DNA of 64,000 nt, from the IMG/VR virus record IMGVR_UViG_3300046517_002304, positions 124,001-188,000 of that record; one strand, given 5' to 3'. The translations under genes were made by a program, and so were the position numbers. Position 1 is the first letter of the stretch; each line of letters starts with the position of its first letter. The notes under the pieces are model-generated. The model was given only the letters and a program-made list of their open reading frames with translations. It did no database searches and was not told the origin of the DNA. Below are positions 37,684 to 46,299 of the stretch, piece by piece.

Positions 37684-39135
37684 TTAGATGCTGAAATTGT
37701 TGATAGCGATGGTAGCGTAGAAGCGTGCACCGTTATTTAGTAATTTAAGTCCGTATCTTGTCATCAAGCCTCTACGTGGGCAGAAGCTATTAGGGTCAAG
37801 TACCAGTGGAGTCTGCATTAAAGGAACGTATGGGCAATAGAAGAACCCTGAATCCATATAAGTATCACCCTTATAACCCATGAGTAGGTTATTGGTTGGG
37901 AACTGTGGATCCTTATAAAGCTTCCAACGGTTGCTGACAGTACCGACATACTGAACGCCTAGCGAGCTAGTGAACGATTCTGAAGGTGCTGGAGCGAAAC
38001 CTGCTGTGGCTGTCTCAAAGATTGAGGCAACTTCAGGTGAGCAGATAATCCAGTTTGCACCGCTACGTAGCGTTTTCTTATGGATGATGTTGCTAACCTG
38101 TGAAACCTTAACGAATAGGGCTTCGTACTTTTCCTTAACGGTATCACCTAGGGCAGTGTTGTAATCCCAAGTGACGTTAGTACCAGCGTTGTTACGGAGG
38201 TTGGTGATGATTTCACGGTCAATTTCAAGATTGATTTCTTGAGCAAGAACGGTCGTCAATTCCTGTTCCGCATCTAGCGAATACTGTGAACGTAAGTCCT
38301 GTTGAGCTTCAAAGCTCCAGACAGCGCGTAGCTTACGGGTAACGGCGGTAATGGTTTCCTGTTCAACCGTTAGATTAACTTCGGGCTGATCAGTATTGCA
38401 TTCCATGTTATAGTCGTAAGTGACGACGATGCTGTTAGTGCTAGGATCGCTTGACCAAGTTAGAGTGATGGCACCAGTCGTGAGATTGATGCTACCAGCG
38501 GTAACGTTTGGTGAATTGCTCGTAGAACTAATAGTAAAGGTACCCGACGCATCAATGGTGAAGGTCTGAATGGCAGTGCTACCCTGGTAGATAGTACCTG
38601 ATTCAGTTCCAGCAAGAATTGGCGTGTGCTTTAGAGTGTAAGTAAGAGTAGTTGTACCACCAGCGTTGGTGACGGTTTCAAGACTGACAGTCTGGCTAGA
38701 ATAGAAAATATCAAGATTTACTAGACCGCTTGAGAGCTGTTGTAGTGAAAGAGCATCGTCTGTTGGGAAACTAGACTTGTTAGTCGCACCTAGTGTAGCA
38801 CCCTTGTCAGTCGCATAGCGAAAGCGGAGGTAATAAACTAGACCGACTGGACCGAGTAATGGCTGAACAGAAACGATCTTGTTAGCGATTAGCTGTGGGA
38901 AAATACGACGAACGAGGGGGATACTAATACGTTTGAAGTTAGCGACATCGCCTGCGGTCGTGCTTGAAGATTCGTTGAGGTTGCATGATAGTTCCTGATT
39001 TTCCATTAGGATGGCAGTGTTCTGACGAACTGTCTTATCCTTAATGTCGTTCAGGAGACCACGGTCGCCCCAAGTTTTTTCGCACTTGGCACCTTCGTGT
39101 AAAAATTCCCCTTTGGCTGTACCAAAATTTGACAT
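37684..39135 (-). CDS. gp23: major capsid protein, T4 gp23 family
   Basis: ENQE, VRR..P.LIA...VQP..GP.G, RKLRAVWSFEAQQDL, EINLEIDREI, FYCPYVPL, F.P..GLMTRYG; probable cleavage at LNE55. Confidence 0.96.
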   Translation of the reverse strand: MSNFGTAKGEFLHEGAKCEKTWGDRGLLNDIKDKTVRQNTAILMENQELSCNLNESSSTTAGDVANFKRISIPLVRRIFPQLIANKIVSVQPLLGPVGLVYYLRFRYATDKGATLGATNKSSFPTDDALSLQQLSSGLVNLDIFYSSQTVSLETVTNAGGTTTLTYTLKHTPILAGTESGTIYQGSTAIQTFTIDASGTFTISSTSNSPNVTAGSINLTTGAITLTWSSDPSTNSIVVTYDYNMECNTDQPEVNLTVEQETITAVTRKLRAVWSFEAQQDLRSQYSLDAEQELTTVLAQEINLEIDREIITNLRNNAGTNVTWDYNTALGDTVKEKYEALFVKVSQVSNIIHKKTLRSGANWIICSPEVASIFETATAGFAPAPSESFTSSLGVQYVGTVSNRWKLYKDPQFPTNNLLMGYKGDTYMDSGFFYCPYVPLMQTPLVLDPNSFCPRRGLMTRYGLKLLNNGARFYATIAINNFSI

Positions 39136-39223
39136 AATATTTCTTTATCCTTTGTTTAATTATTTTTAGTTGTTAATTTCTATAACTTATCAGCAACAAG
39201 CTTTAGAGTTATAAAAATTGGTT

Positions 39224-40135
39224 CTATTTATTATCGTAAGCGAGTTTGCGCCATTGAGCTTCAATAGAAGTTGTATCTTCATCAATTCTGGTTGGTTCTT
39301 CTGTCGCTACCGCTTCTTTAAGAACGACAACTTCTTGTCGGCTCTTATCGTTAACAACAACGCCCTTACCCTCTACTGTCTTCTTCTTTTCGCTTCTTAC
39401 CTTTTCAGTGCCTTCGGAAATAACCTGTGCTGAGGCACGAACTTGTTCATTTAGCTTATCGCGTTCCGCTGTTAGGCGGTTAGCTCTGGCTTCTAATACC
39501 TTGACCTGTTGCTTGGCTTCAGTTACCTGACGGCCTAGCTCTTCGGCTTTGCTAGCTGTTACGCTGGCGTAATCTTCGTCGCTGAGCCAATCAGATGCTA
39601 GATTGAGAACTTTGTCCCAAGCTAGTTTGTGCTCAAGCATGTATGGGTCATTAAGAATCTGTGCTTTGGCCATTTCGTGTAGCTCTTCTTCCTTGACGCT
39701 TAGGAACTGGTCAATCTTGTCAACTAGGTCAGTCTTAACTGCGTGTAGTTCACGTTCTTTGGCTTCGTTGATGGTTAGCTCAAGCTCTTCGTTCTTCTTG
39801 CGTTCGGCAAGAATTAGATCTTTGGCTTGTTCATGAGCCTCTTCTAGCTGTACTTCAAACTCTTCGCGCTGTGTTTCAAGACGATTCTTGAAGTCAACGA
39901 TAATTTCATAAGCTTCGTTATATCCCTTTAGGGCAACCTTCTCAGCTTCAAGCTTCTCAGCTTCAACTGTCTTATAGGCTGATTCAAGATTAGCATTATA
40001 TTCGGTTTCTAGTTCAGCTCTCGCTCCGTCTAGGAATTCGCTGACAGCTTCAGTAAGCTTGGCGCGATCACCTTCTGGTACTAGGGCTTCTAGAGCCTGG
40101 AAAACTTTGCTTTTTGCGTCTGTATTCTTAGTCAT
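39224..40135 (-). CDS. prohead scaffold/core protein (gp22-like)
   Basis: Acidic coiled-coil protein between protease and MCP. Confidence 0.8.
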   Translation of the reverse strand: MTKNTDAKSKVFQALEALVPEGDRAKLTEAVSEFLDGARAELETEYNANLESAYKTVEAEKLEAEKVALKGYNEAYEIIVDFKNRLETQREEFEVQLEEAHEQAKDLILAERKKNEELELTINEAKERELHAVKTDLVDKIDQFLSVKEEELHEMAKAQILNDPYMLEHKLAWDKVLNLASDWLSDEDYASVTASKAEELGRQVTEAKQQVKVLEARANRLTAERDKLNEQVRASAQVISEGTEKVRSEKKKTVEGKGVVVNDKSRQEVVVLKEAVATEEPTRIDEDTTSIEAQWRKLAYDNK

Positions 40136-40814
40136 TGTTTAGGTTCTCTCTAATTAATTGTGATTCCTTGTTAATCATATGTCCCATAAAGGAAATTAAA
40201 GTATTAACATTTACTTTATTTAGGGATGCTGTCTCATTTTTTATTTGTATATTCTCTGAATTAATGGTTGAAACTGACTCAACTTTACGTGCAATAGCAC
40301 GAATTTCAGATGGGTTGTTGACAATATCAAAGGTTACTAGGTTATAATTGTCGTTGATTTCAAGAACTCCGTCTGCATTAGTAGTTCCCGAACCTACACC
40401 TCTTGTGCTCACACCAACCGTAATATTTGATTCTAGTAAAGCCTTAAGAACCTTACCGTTTGGAGTATTTAGAACTTCAGCATTGCCCCAAAGTTCATTC
40501 CCCTCCCACCATAGCTTGGTTACAACCGCGCAAGCTGTTTCAAGCTTAACTACACTTGTATCTGGATGGTCAAGACTAGAGATTAAAGCTCTCTGATCTA
40601 TGAATTTCTGTAGACGATTTACATTCTGTTCTAGAATTGATTTCTTATACTTACGCTTATTCTGATTAACGGTCTCGGCGACACTAAAAATGCCTGTAAA
40701 GACGGTTGGTCCACCCTTGTGGGACTCATTTAAATTCAGTGTGGCATAGCCGCCGTTGTCTAGAAGGAGATAATCGCTCATATGTTTTTGATCTTTACAA
40801 AAAGGGTCTGACAT
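40128..40814 (-). CDS. gp21: prohead protease, T4 gp21 family (start possibly 40781)
   Basis: NQNKRKY, LDHP, LNTPNG, GVSTRGVGS, TFDIVNNPS. Confidence 0.92.
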   Translation of the reverse strand: MSDPFCKDQKHMSDYLLLDNGGYATLNLNESHKGGPTVFTGIFSVAETVNQNKRKYKKSILEQNVNRLQKFIDQRALISSLDHPDTSVVKLETACAVVTKLWWEGNELWGNAEVLNTPNGKVLKALLESNITVGVSTRGVGSGTTNADGVLEINDNYNLVTFDIVNNPSEIRAIARKVESVSTINSENIQIKNETASLNKVNVNTLISFMGHMINKESQLIRENLNND

Positions 40815-40842
40815 ATTTATGGTTTAATATTGTAAATATATC

Positions 40843-41100
40843 ATGCTTAAAAAATATTCCGAACATAAGCTAAACAAACTGGGCGGTACAGACCCTCATA
40901 CACCAGAAGAAGCTAAGATTTACAAGAAAGTAGACCTGGTAACTCTTCCTGAAGATGTAAAAGGAACCAACTGTTTTAACTGTCGTTTTGTTAAAAATGG
41001 ATTCTGCGAAAATAAGCAAGTCCTACAAAAGGTCACAGATAGAAACTGCTGTGCTTTGTGGGACAATAAAGATGCTTATAGAAAATGGGTAAATGAATAA
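40843..41100 (+). CDS. small Cys-motif (HiPIP-like pattern) protein
   Basis: CFNCRF...C...V....CCALW; TAAATA 4 nt upstream. Confidence 0.55.
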   Translation: MLKKYSEHKLNKLGGTDPHTPEEAKIYKKVDLVTLPEDVKGTNCFNCRFVKNGFCENKQVLQKVTDRNCCALWDNKDAYRKWVNE

Positions 41101-41389
41101 TTTTTATCATTATCTAGAGTCCAAGCATTTCATCGGCGATTGCATTAATGGCTTAGATGACGACCGTTTCTGCAATCACATAGCATATGATGCTACAGAC
41201 ATGGCTCAGTTAGTAGGGGGTGGGGAAGAGGTAAGTTTACAGCATTTTTCCAAAGAATGCTCTGTAGAACCTCAAGTTTTATATCAGGTTTCTAATTCCC
41301 CGAGCCGATATCATTTTTTCATTAATAAAGACCGAGATATTGCTTGGATTTACGATGATGAAAAAGATATTCATTACTTTTACGGTTGA
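41093..41389 (+). CDS. small protein with capsid-targeting-like N-terminus
   Basis: MNNFYHYLES; ends YDDEKDIHYFY. Confidence 0.6.
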   Translation: MNNFYHYLESKHFIGDCINGLDDDRFCNHIAYDATDMAQLVGGGEEVSLQHFSKECSVEPQVLYQVSNSPSRYHFFINKDRDIAWIYDDEKDIHYFYG

Positions 41390-41422
41390 TGCCGATAAAG
41401 ATTCATGTAAACGGAGAATTGC

Positions 41423-41887
41423 ATGAATCTTTGGACGAATTTTATAAAACTTGAGAAACAATTAGAGAAGCACAAGGATAGAATTGTGCGTGAATGTGAC
41501 TTTATCACATATCCAACATTAGCAATGATAGGTAAGGATATAGTATTTCTAACAAGTTACTGGCGCAATCACGTTGACAACCCTATTCTTTTCAATTACA
41601 TGATTTTTAGTGTCCTTGGACGAACCATTAATGAACAGGAACTTAGTAATATCTGTCATTTTGCATATCTCCATAAATTAGCAGAAGTAAATCATGCTAT
41701 CGCTAAAGACGCAGGAGATTGTCTTTGTAAAATTCATACTTTTGATTACAAGAAGATGCAAATGGTTATTACCCTTCACCCGGATGCTGTTGGTAAAGCC
41801 GTAATTGTCGATAGCACATTTGATTTGCCCGTATCAATGAAGAAAATAATGGAACAAGTGATTGATAGCATAGGAGATATAAAATGA
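41423..41887 (+). CDS. hypothetical protein, paralog of 42231-42722
   Basis: W..F/L..LEK...KHKD.I..ECD shared. Confidence 0.6.
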   Translation: MNLWTNFIKLEKQLEKHKDRIVRECDFITYPTLAMIGKDIVFLTSYWRNHVDNPILFNYMIFSVLGRTINEQELSNICHFAYLHKLAEVNHAIAKDAGDCLCKIHTFDYKKMQMVITLHPDAVGKAVIVDSTFDLPVSMKKIMEQVIDSIGDIK

Positions 41888-42234
41888 TAGAAGCCGCTGT
41901 TATGGCTAGTATTATGTTAACTGCGATTGGAGTTTACTTTTTATCTAGCGTAGGAATGATTGTTAGAAAAAGTCAACCGATCTTGTCGTTATTTTGTACT
42001 TTAGGTTCCGGACTTTGTTCGATATACTGGCCATTTAGAACTGGCGATTGTCTTAAGGGCATGGTATGGGGAGATTGCCCTGTATGCCCGCATATAAGTA
42101 TTTGGCAGTGTATCGGAGAATACACATCTGGCGCTACGATGGCACTTGCTTATATATTTGTGATAATGAGTGTAGTTTATACTGTCTATGGAGCCTTCTT
42201 TTGTCTGATGAATCCTAACGTTGGTGATGAATGA
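41884..42234 (+). CDS. membrane protein
   Basis: Three hydrophobic segments. Confidence 0.55.
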   Translation: MIEAAVMASIMLTAIGVYFLSSVGMIVRKSQPILSLFCTLGSGLCSIYWPFRTGDCLKGMVWGDCPVCPHISIWQCIGEYTSGATMALAYIFVIMSVVYTVYGAFFCLMNPNVGDE

Positions 42235-42722
42235 GTTATTGGTCTAGATTATTAGAACTAGAAAAAGGAATCAAGAAGCACAAAGATCAGATAATCTGCG
42301 AATGCGATTTGATTGACTTGTCTACAGACGTGCGAGCCGTACGGTGCAGAAAAGATTTAGGCATAGCTCATGTAGATTATACTTATAAATCTTTTGACGG
42401 GCAAAAAACTGAATGCTGGTGTCCTTTTTCGTATTGGTTTGACCATAATAATAAGTTTAGTGATTGGGATATGTTCAATTTTGTTGAGCAAACCTATAAC
42501 TATAAAATATCAACAATTAGACATTCATTTTGCGAGAACGGATACGGCTTATCTTGTTGGCTTACCGGAGTAGACTATAGTCGTAAAAAAATACGGTGCG
42601 GTCTTACAAAAGGTTATGACTGGACAGGGAAATTTATACAAAAGACACAGATTGACATTCCTTGCTCCACTCAGAATACTGCCCTTGAGTGCGTCAATAT
42701 GATAACTAGAGCAGGATTATAG
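42231..42722 (+). CDS. hypothetical protein, paralog of 41423-41887
   Basis: MSYWSRLLELEKGIKKHKDQIICECD. Confidence 0.6.
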   Translation: MSYWSRLLELEKGIKKHKDQIICECDLIDLSTDVRAVRCRKDLGIAHVDYTYKSFDGQKTECWCPFSYWFDHNNKFSDWDMFNFVEQTYNYKISTIRHSFCENGYGLSCWLTGVDYSRKKIRCGLTKGYDWTGKFIQKTQIDIPCSTQNTALECVNMITRAGL

Positions 42723-42724
42723 AA

Positions 42725-44044
42725 GTGCCTAAAAAACTTACTACTGAACAGTTCGTTGAAAAAGCTATAAAAGTGCATGGGGAGCGGTACGATTATAGTT
42801 TGGTGGAGTATATTAGCAATAAGGTGATGGTGCAGATAATTTGTCCATTACACGGTATTTTTGAACAAAGACCCGATGGACATTTATCTAGCATTGTTGG
42901 CGGGTGTCCCGAATGTGGGCGGATACAAGTCATACAAACCAAAAAAGACCATGGCTTAAGTCATACCGTAGAATATCAAACGTGGCATAGAATGATGAGC
43001 AGATGTTATAATAAAAACCATCATCATTATTTGGACTATGGAGCACGAGGTATTATGGTTTGTGAAAGGTGGCATGATTTTTTAAACTTTTTAGAAGACA
43101 TGGGACTAAGACCAGTAAATTTATCTTTAGATAGGATTGATTGTAATGGCAATTATTGTCCTGAAAATTGTAGATGGTCAAGCAATAAAGAACAACTTAA
43201 TAATAGAAGAAATGTTAAAAAATATACCGTTAATGGCATGACCAAAACGCTTACTGGATGGTGTGAAGAAACTGGATTATCTTATAAATGTTTAAGTAAT
43301 AGGTTTCGCAACGGGTGGAGCATTGAAGATGCTATTAATACGCCTAAAATTACCTATAACAAGAAGGATGGCAATGAAGTTAAAAAGAAAAAATCTTCAT
43401 CTAAAGAGGTAATAATTATTAAAGAAAAAACACTTGAAGATTTTAAAAATAAATGTAATTTTAAAGATATATCTGGCAAAAAAATCGGCACTTTGACTGC
43501 GATTAAGCCGCTTGGAATTAATTGCTACGGACAAGTGGTATGGCTTTTTACATGTGAGTGCGGAGATAAAATTAATTATATATGCAGAGGCCGCCTATGC
43601 GAAAGATGTAATTCACCAAGGTTTGCCAAGATTACTAATCCCAAAGAGTATGGCACATGGTGTCGTATGATTGAGAGATGTAAAAATGACATAGATTATA
43701 TTAATAAAAACGTTACTGTTTGTCCAAGATGGCTAGATGGTTTTGATAACTTTCTTGCCGACATGGGGATGTCGCCTCATTATAAATGTAGTCTAGATAG
43801 AATTAATAATAACTTAGGTTATTACAAAGGAAATTGTAGGTGGGCTACCGATGAGCAGCAACAAAGAAATAAAAGCGATACTATCATGCTTACAGTTAAT
43901 GGCGAAACCAAACCGCTTGTTGAATGGTGTGAAATTACGGGAATGTCCAGATCTTGCCTAAGGTCAAGAATTCAATCCGGCTGGTCTGTAGAAGATGCTG
44001 TACTAACTCCTTTTCGTAAAATTAAAAGAAAAAACCCTGTATAA
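42725..44044 (+). CDS. homing endonuclease: DUF723-like + two HNH modules
   Basis: VHGERYDYS..CPLHG; SLDRIDCNGNYCPENCRW and SLDRINNNLGYYKGNCRW. Confidence 0.85.
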   Translation: MPKKLTTEQFVEKAIKVHGERYDYSLVEYISNKVMVQIICPLHGIFEQRPDGHLSSIVGGCPECGRIQVIQTKKDHGLSHTVEYQTWHRMMSRCYNKNHHHYLDYGARGIMVCERWHDFLNFLEDMGLRPVNLSLDRIDCNGNYCPENCRWSSNKEQLNNRRNVKKYTVNGMTKTLTGWCEETGLSYKCLSNRFRNGWSIEDAINTPKITYNKKDGNEVKKKKSSSKEVIIIKEKTLEDFKNKCNFKDISGKKIGTLTAIKPLGINCYGQVVWLFTCECGDKINYICRGRLCERCNSPRFAKITNPKEYGTWCRMIERCKNDIDYINKNVTVCPRWLDGFDNFLADMGMSPHYKCSLDRINNNLGYYKGNCRWATDEQQQRNKSDTIMLTVNGETKPLVEWCEITGMSRSCLRSRIQSGWSVEDAVLTPFRKIKRKNPV

Positions 44045-44062
44045 TTAATTATACAGGGTTTT
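44031..44062. terminator. perfect 32-bp palindrome, bidirectional terminator
   Basis: AAAACCCTGTATAATT/AATTATACAGGGTTTT between convergent genes. Confidence 0.85.
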
Positions 44063-44084
44063 AAATCTTACTTTATCTTAAAAA

Positions 44085-46004
44085 TTACTTGCTCCAGTGG
44101 TCGGAACCCATTTCTGGACGACCAGGAATTAGGTTTCGTGGGAGGTAGACATTTTTCAAGCCACTCTCCTCATCGTTCCACGTTTCTCCGCTAACATTCT
44201 TACTGGCCATTCCAGCATCAGAATTCACATCATCAGACTCGCCCTTGGGGCCAACATACTTAATGCTTGATGGGAGGTATGGATTCTTCGTCTGTGGCCA
44301 AATATCACTATGGAAGTTCTGCCAGCCGAAGCCAGGAGAGCCTTGATCAATTTTCTCGCCGTCCAGCTTCATTGAATCTGGAGTAATCTCGTGTGAGCGA
44401 GTTCCAGCTTCAAGGTCAGACTTAGGAGAGTATCCGAAGCCACTGTTGGCGCGAACCTTGCTTGTTTCGCCATTAGCAGTTTCTTCTGGATTGTCAACAT
44501 AACCCCATCCGTTTTCGGAATCTAGATTGCTCTCAAAGAAGTTGACTAGCCACTCTGCGGCGATTTCAACATCGTTAAGATTAATAGAACCGCTTTCAAG
44601 TGATGGCTCTAGTTCGTAAAGAATTACACCGGCTTCTGATTTTAGTTCATTGTCCTGAAGGCTTTCGGCCATCTGAGCAACATCAGAAATCGCATTGTAA
44701 ACATCAGCAGTTAGCTTAACTTCCTTAGCGATTGATTCATCAATTTTGCTATAGAAGCCAGCGATGCGTGATTGGAAGTCAAGATAAGAATCTTCATTGT
44801 CTGACTTGCTTGTTTCGGATAGTCTTAGGATTGCTTCAACTTTCTCTGGGAAAGATTCAAAAGCAGTGCGTAGAATACCTTCACTCATAAATCCGCAAGT
44901 AGCGTCGTCAAAGTTGACTTCGCCAGCAAACTTAAGAGCCTTTGAAACGGCTTCCGCTAGTTCGGTCTGAGAAAGAGCGATTAGGCTTGGGAAACGACCA
45001 ACGATGTTTCCAAGGCACTCTTCTAGGCCGTCATTGTCAGAAATGTTGTTTAATCTCTTGAGTTGGGCGACTGCCTTGCAGAATTCTGGGCTATTAACGA
45101 CTCGGTGAGCCGCTTCACGCAACACTTTAACGTCTGCTTTCAGAACGTCCAACTTAATTTGTATTACCTTACCTTCATTACGAACTTGTCGTGTAGGAAT
45201 AACAACGCTAACTACATCACCCTGTTCATTATGAACAACGTTTGATTCGTTAAGATAAATTCCGCCGACATAATTATAAAAGTTATCAAGAACTGATGCC
45301 CACTCATTTACCTTAGCTTTTGGAGCGCGGGTGAAATAAGCGCGAGCGGATAGACCTGATTTCTTAAGGGTCTTGGCCTTGCTACCTAGAGCAGACTGAC
45401 GCTTACGATTGCTGCGATAGAAGTCTAGCTTGCTGGACATCTTAGCGCGAATACCTGGCTCTTTATGGCGTCTCTTGCCCCAACCGCGTTTCGCGGCGAG
45501 TGATTTGCCCATGTTCTTAGCGCCACGACGAACGAAGACACCGCCAGCAGCTTCCTGCATTTTGCCCATCTTCTTAAAGTTGTCGTCAAACTTGTCAACC
45601 ATACTCTTCTTAGCGCGGCCACGCTTCATGACTCGTTCAAGCATTAGCTTAACCTTGTCCCAGCTTAGATCGGCTGAATCTGTATCATTACTAGCAAGAG
45701 CATCAACCATTTCGGCGATAGCTACTTTGCGAGCTTCGGTTTCTGACTCTGCGTCAACAACCAGCTCTTCAATATTAGTAAATTTAACTTCTTTATCATT
45801 AAAATTGTAGTTGGCCTTTACGAACGTGCCATCAGCACATTCATAAACAACAGAACTACCATCATAACAATGCACAGAAACTAAATCAATGTCCAGTGCC
45901 TTTCCTAAAATCCCTGTAGCTTCATCAAGCTCTTTTAGGGCGTTAAATAAAGAATTCTTTTCAATTGTTTCAAAGACATCAAAACTAACGAGTTTTCTTT
46001 GCAT
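44085..46004 (-). CDS. putative prohead core protein
   Basis: 639 aa, acidic with an internal Arg/Lys block; several gp21-type xxE sites (MQE, VNE, LNE, LRE, IDE); TAAATA and GGAG upstream. Confidence 0.55.
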   Translation of the reverse strand: MQRKLVSFDVFETIEKNSLFNALKELDEATGILGKALDIDLVSVHCYDGSSVVYECADGTFVKANYNFNDKEVKFTNIEELVVDAESETEARKVAIAEMVDALASNDTDSADLSWDKVKLMLERVMKRGRAKKSMVDKFDDNFKKMGKMQEAAGGVFVRRGAKNMGKSLAAKRGWGKRRHKEPGIRAKMSSKLDFYRSNRKRQSALGSKAKTLKKSGLSARAYFTRAPKAKVNEWASVLDNFYNYVGGIYLNESNVVHNEQGDVVSVVIPTRQVRNEGKVIQIKLDVLKADVKVLREAAHRVVNSPEFCKAVAQLKRLNNISDNDGLEECLGNIVGRFPSLIALSQTELAEAVSKALKFAGEVNFDDATCGFMSEGILRTAFESFPEKVEAILRLSETSKSDNEDSYLDFQSRIAGFYSKIDESIAKEVKLTADVYNAISDVAQMAESLQDNELKSEAGVILYELEPSLESGSINLNDVEIAAEWLVNFFESNLDSENGWGYVDNPEETANGETSKVRANSGFGYSPKSDLEAGTRSHEITPDSMKLDGEKIDQGSPGFGWQNFHSDIWPQTKNPYLPSSIKYVGPKGESDDVNSDAGMASKNVSGETWNDEESGLKNVYLPRNLIPGRPEMGSDHWSK

Positions 46005-46132
46005 AGTTCACTCCTGGAGTATTATTAAAATATGTATTATATTCTTCGCAAAATTATTTAGTCTGATATAGTAATTATTTTGACTAAACACTAATTTAAC
46101 ATACATTAAGGTTATAGGGAGTATATAGAATT

Positions 46133-46297
46133 ATGAGCAATTATTGGATTGATTTGATAAAAAGAGAAGAAGAATTAGAAAAATTACGCAAAGAACAAGA
46201 ACGCCGCGATTTTGAGATAATTTATCAAGAACTTCAAATGCGAGAAAAGCTAAAGGCCCTTTGGAACTCACAAAGGAAACAAGGCCAGAAAGTTTAG
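46133..46297 (+). CDS. 54-aa coiled-coil protein (not in ORF track)
   Basis: MSNYWIDLIKREEELEKLRKEQERR...; TATATA 5 nt upstream; stops 2 nt before the terminase ATG. Confidence 0.55.
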   Translation: MSNYWIDLIKREEELEKLRKEQERRDFEIIYQELQMREKLKALWNSQRKQGQKV

Positions 46298-46299
46298 TA

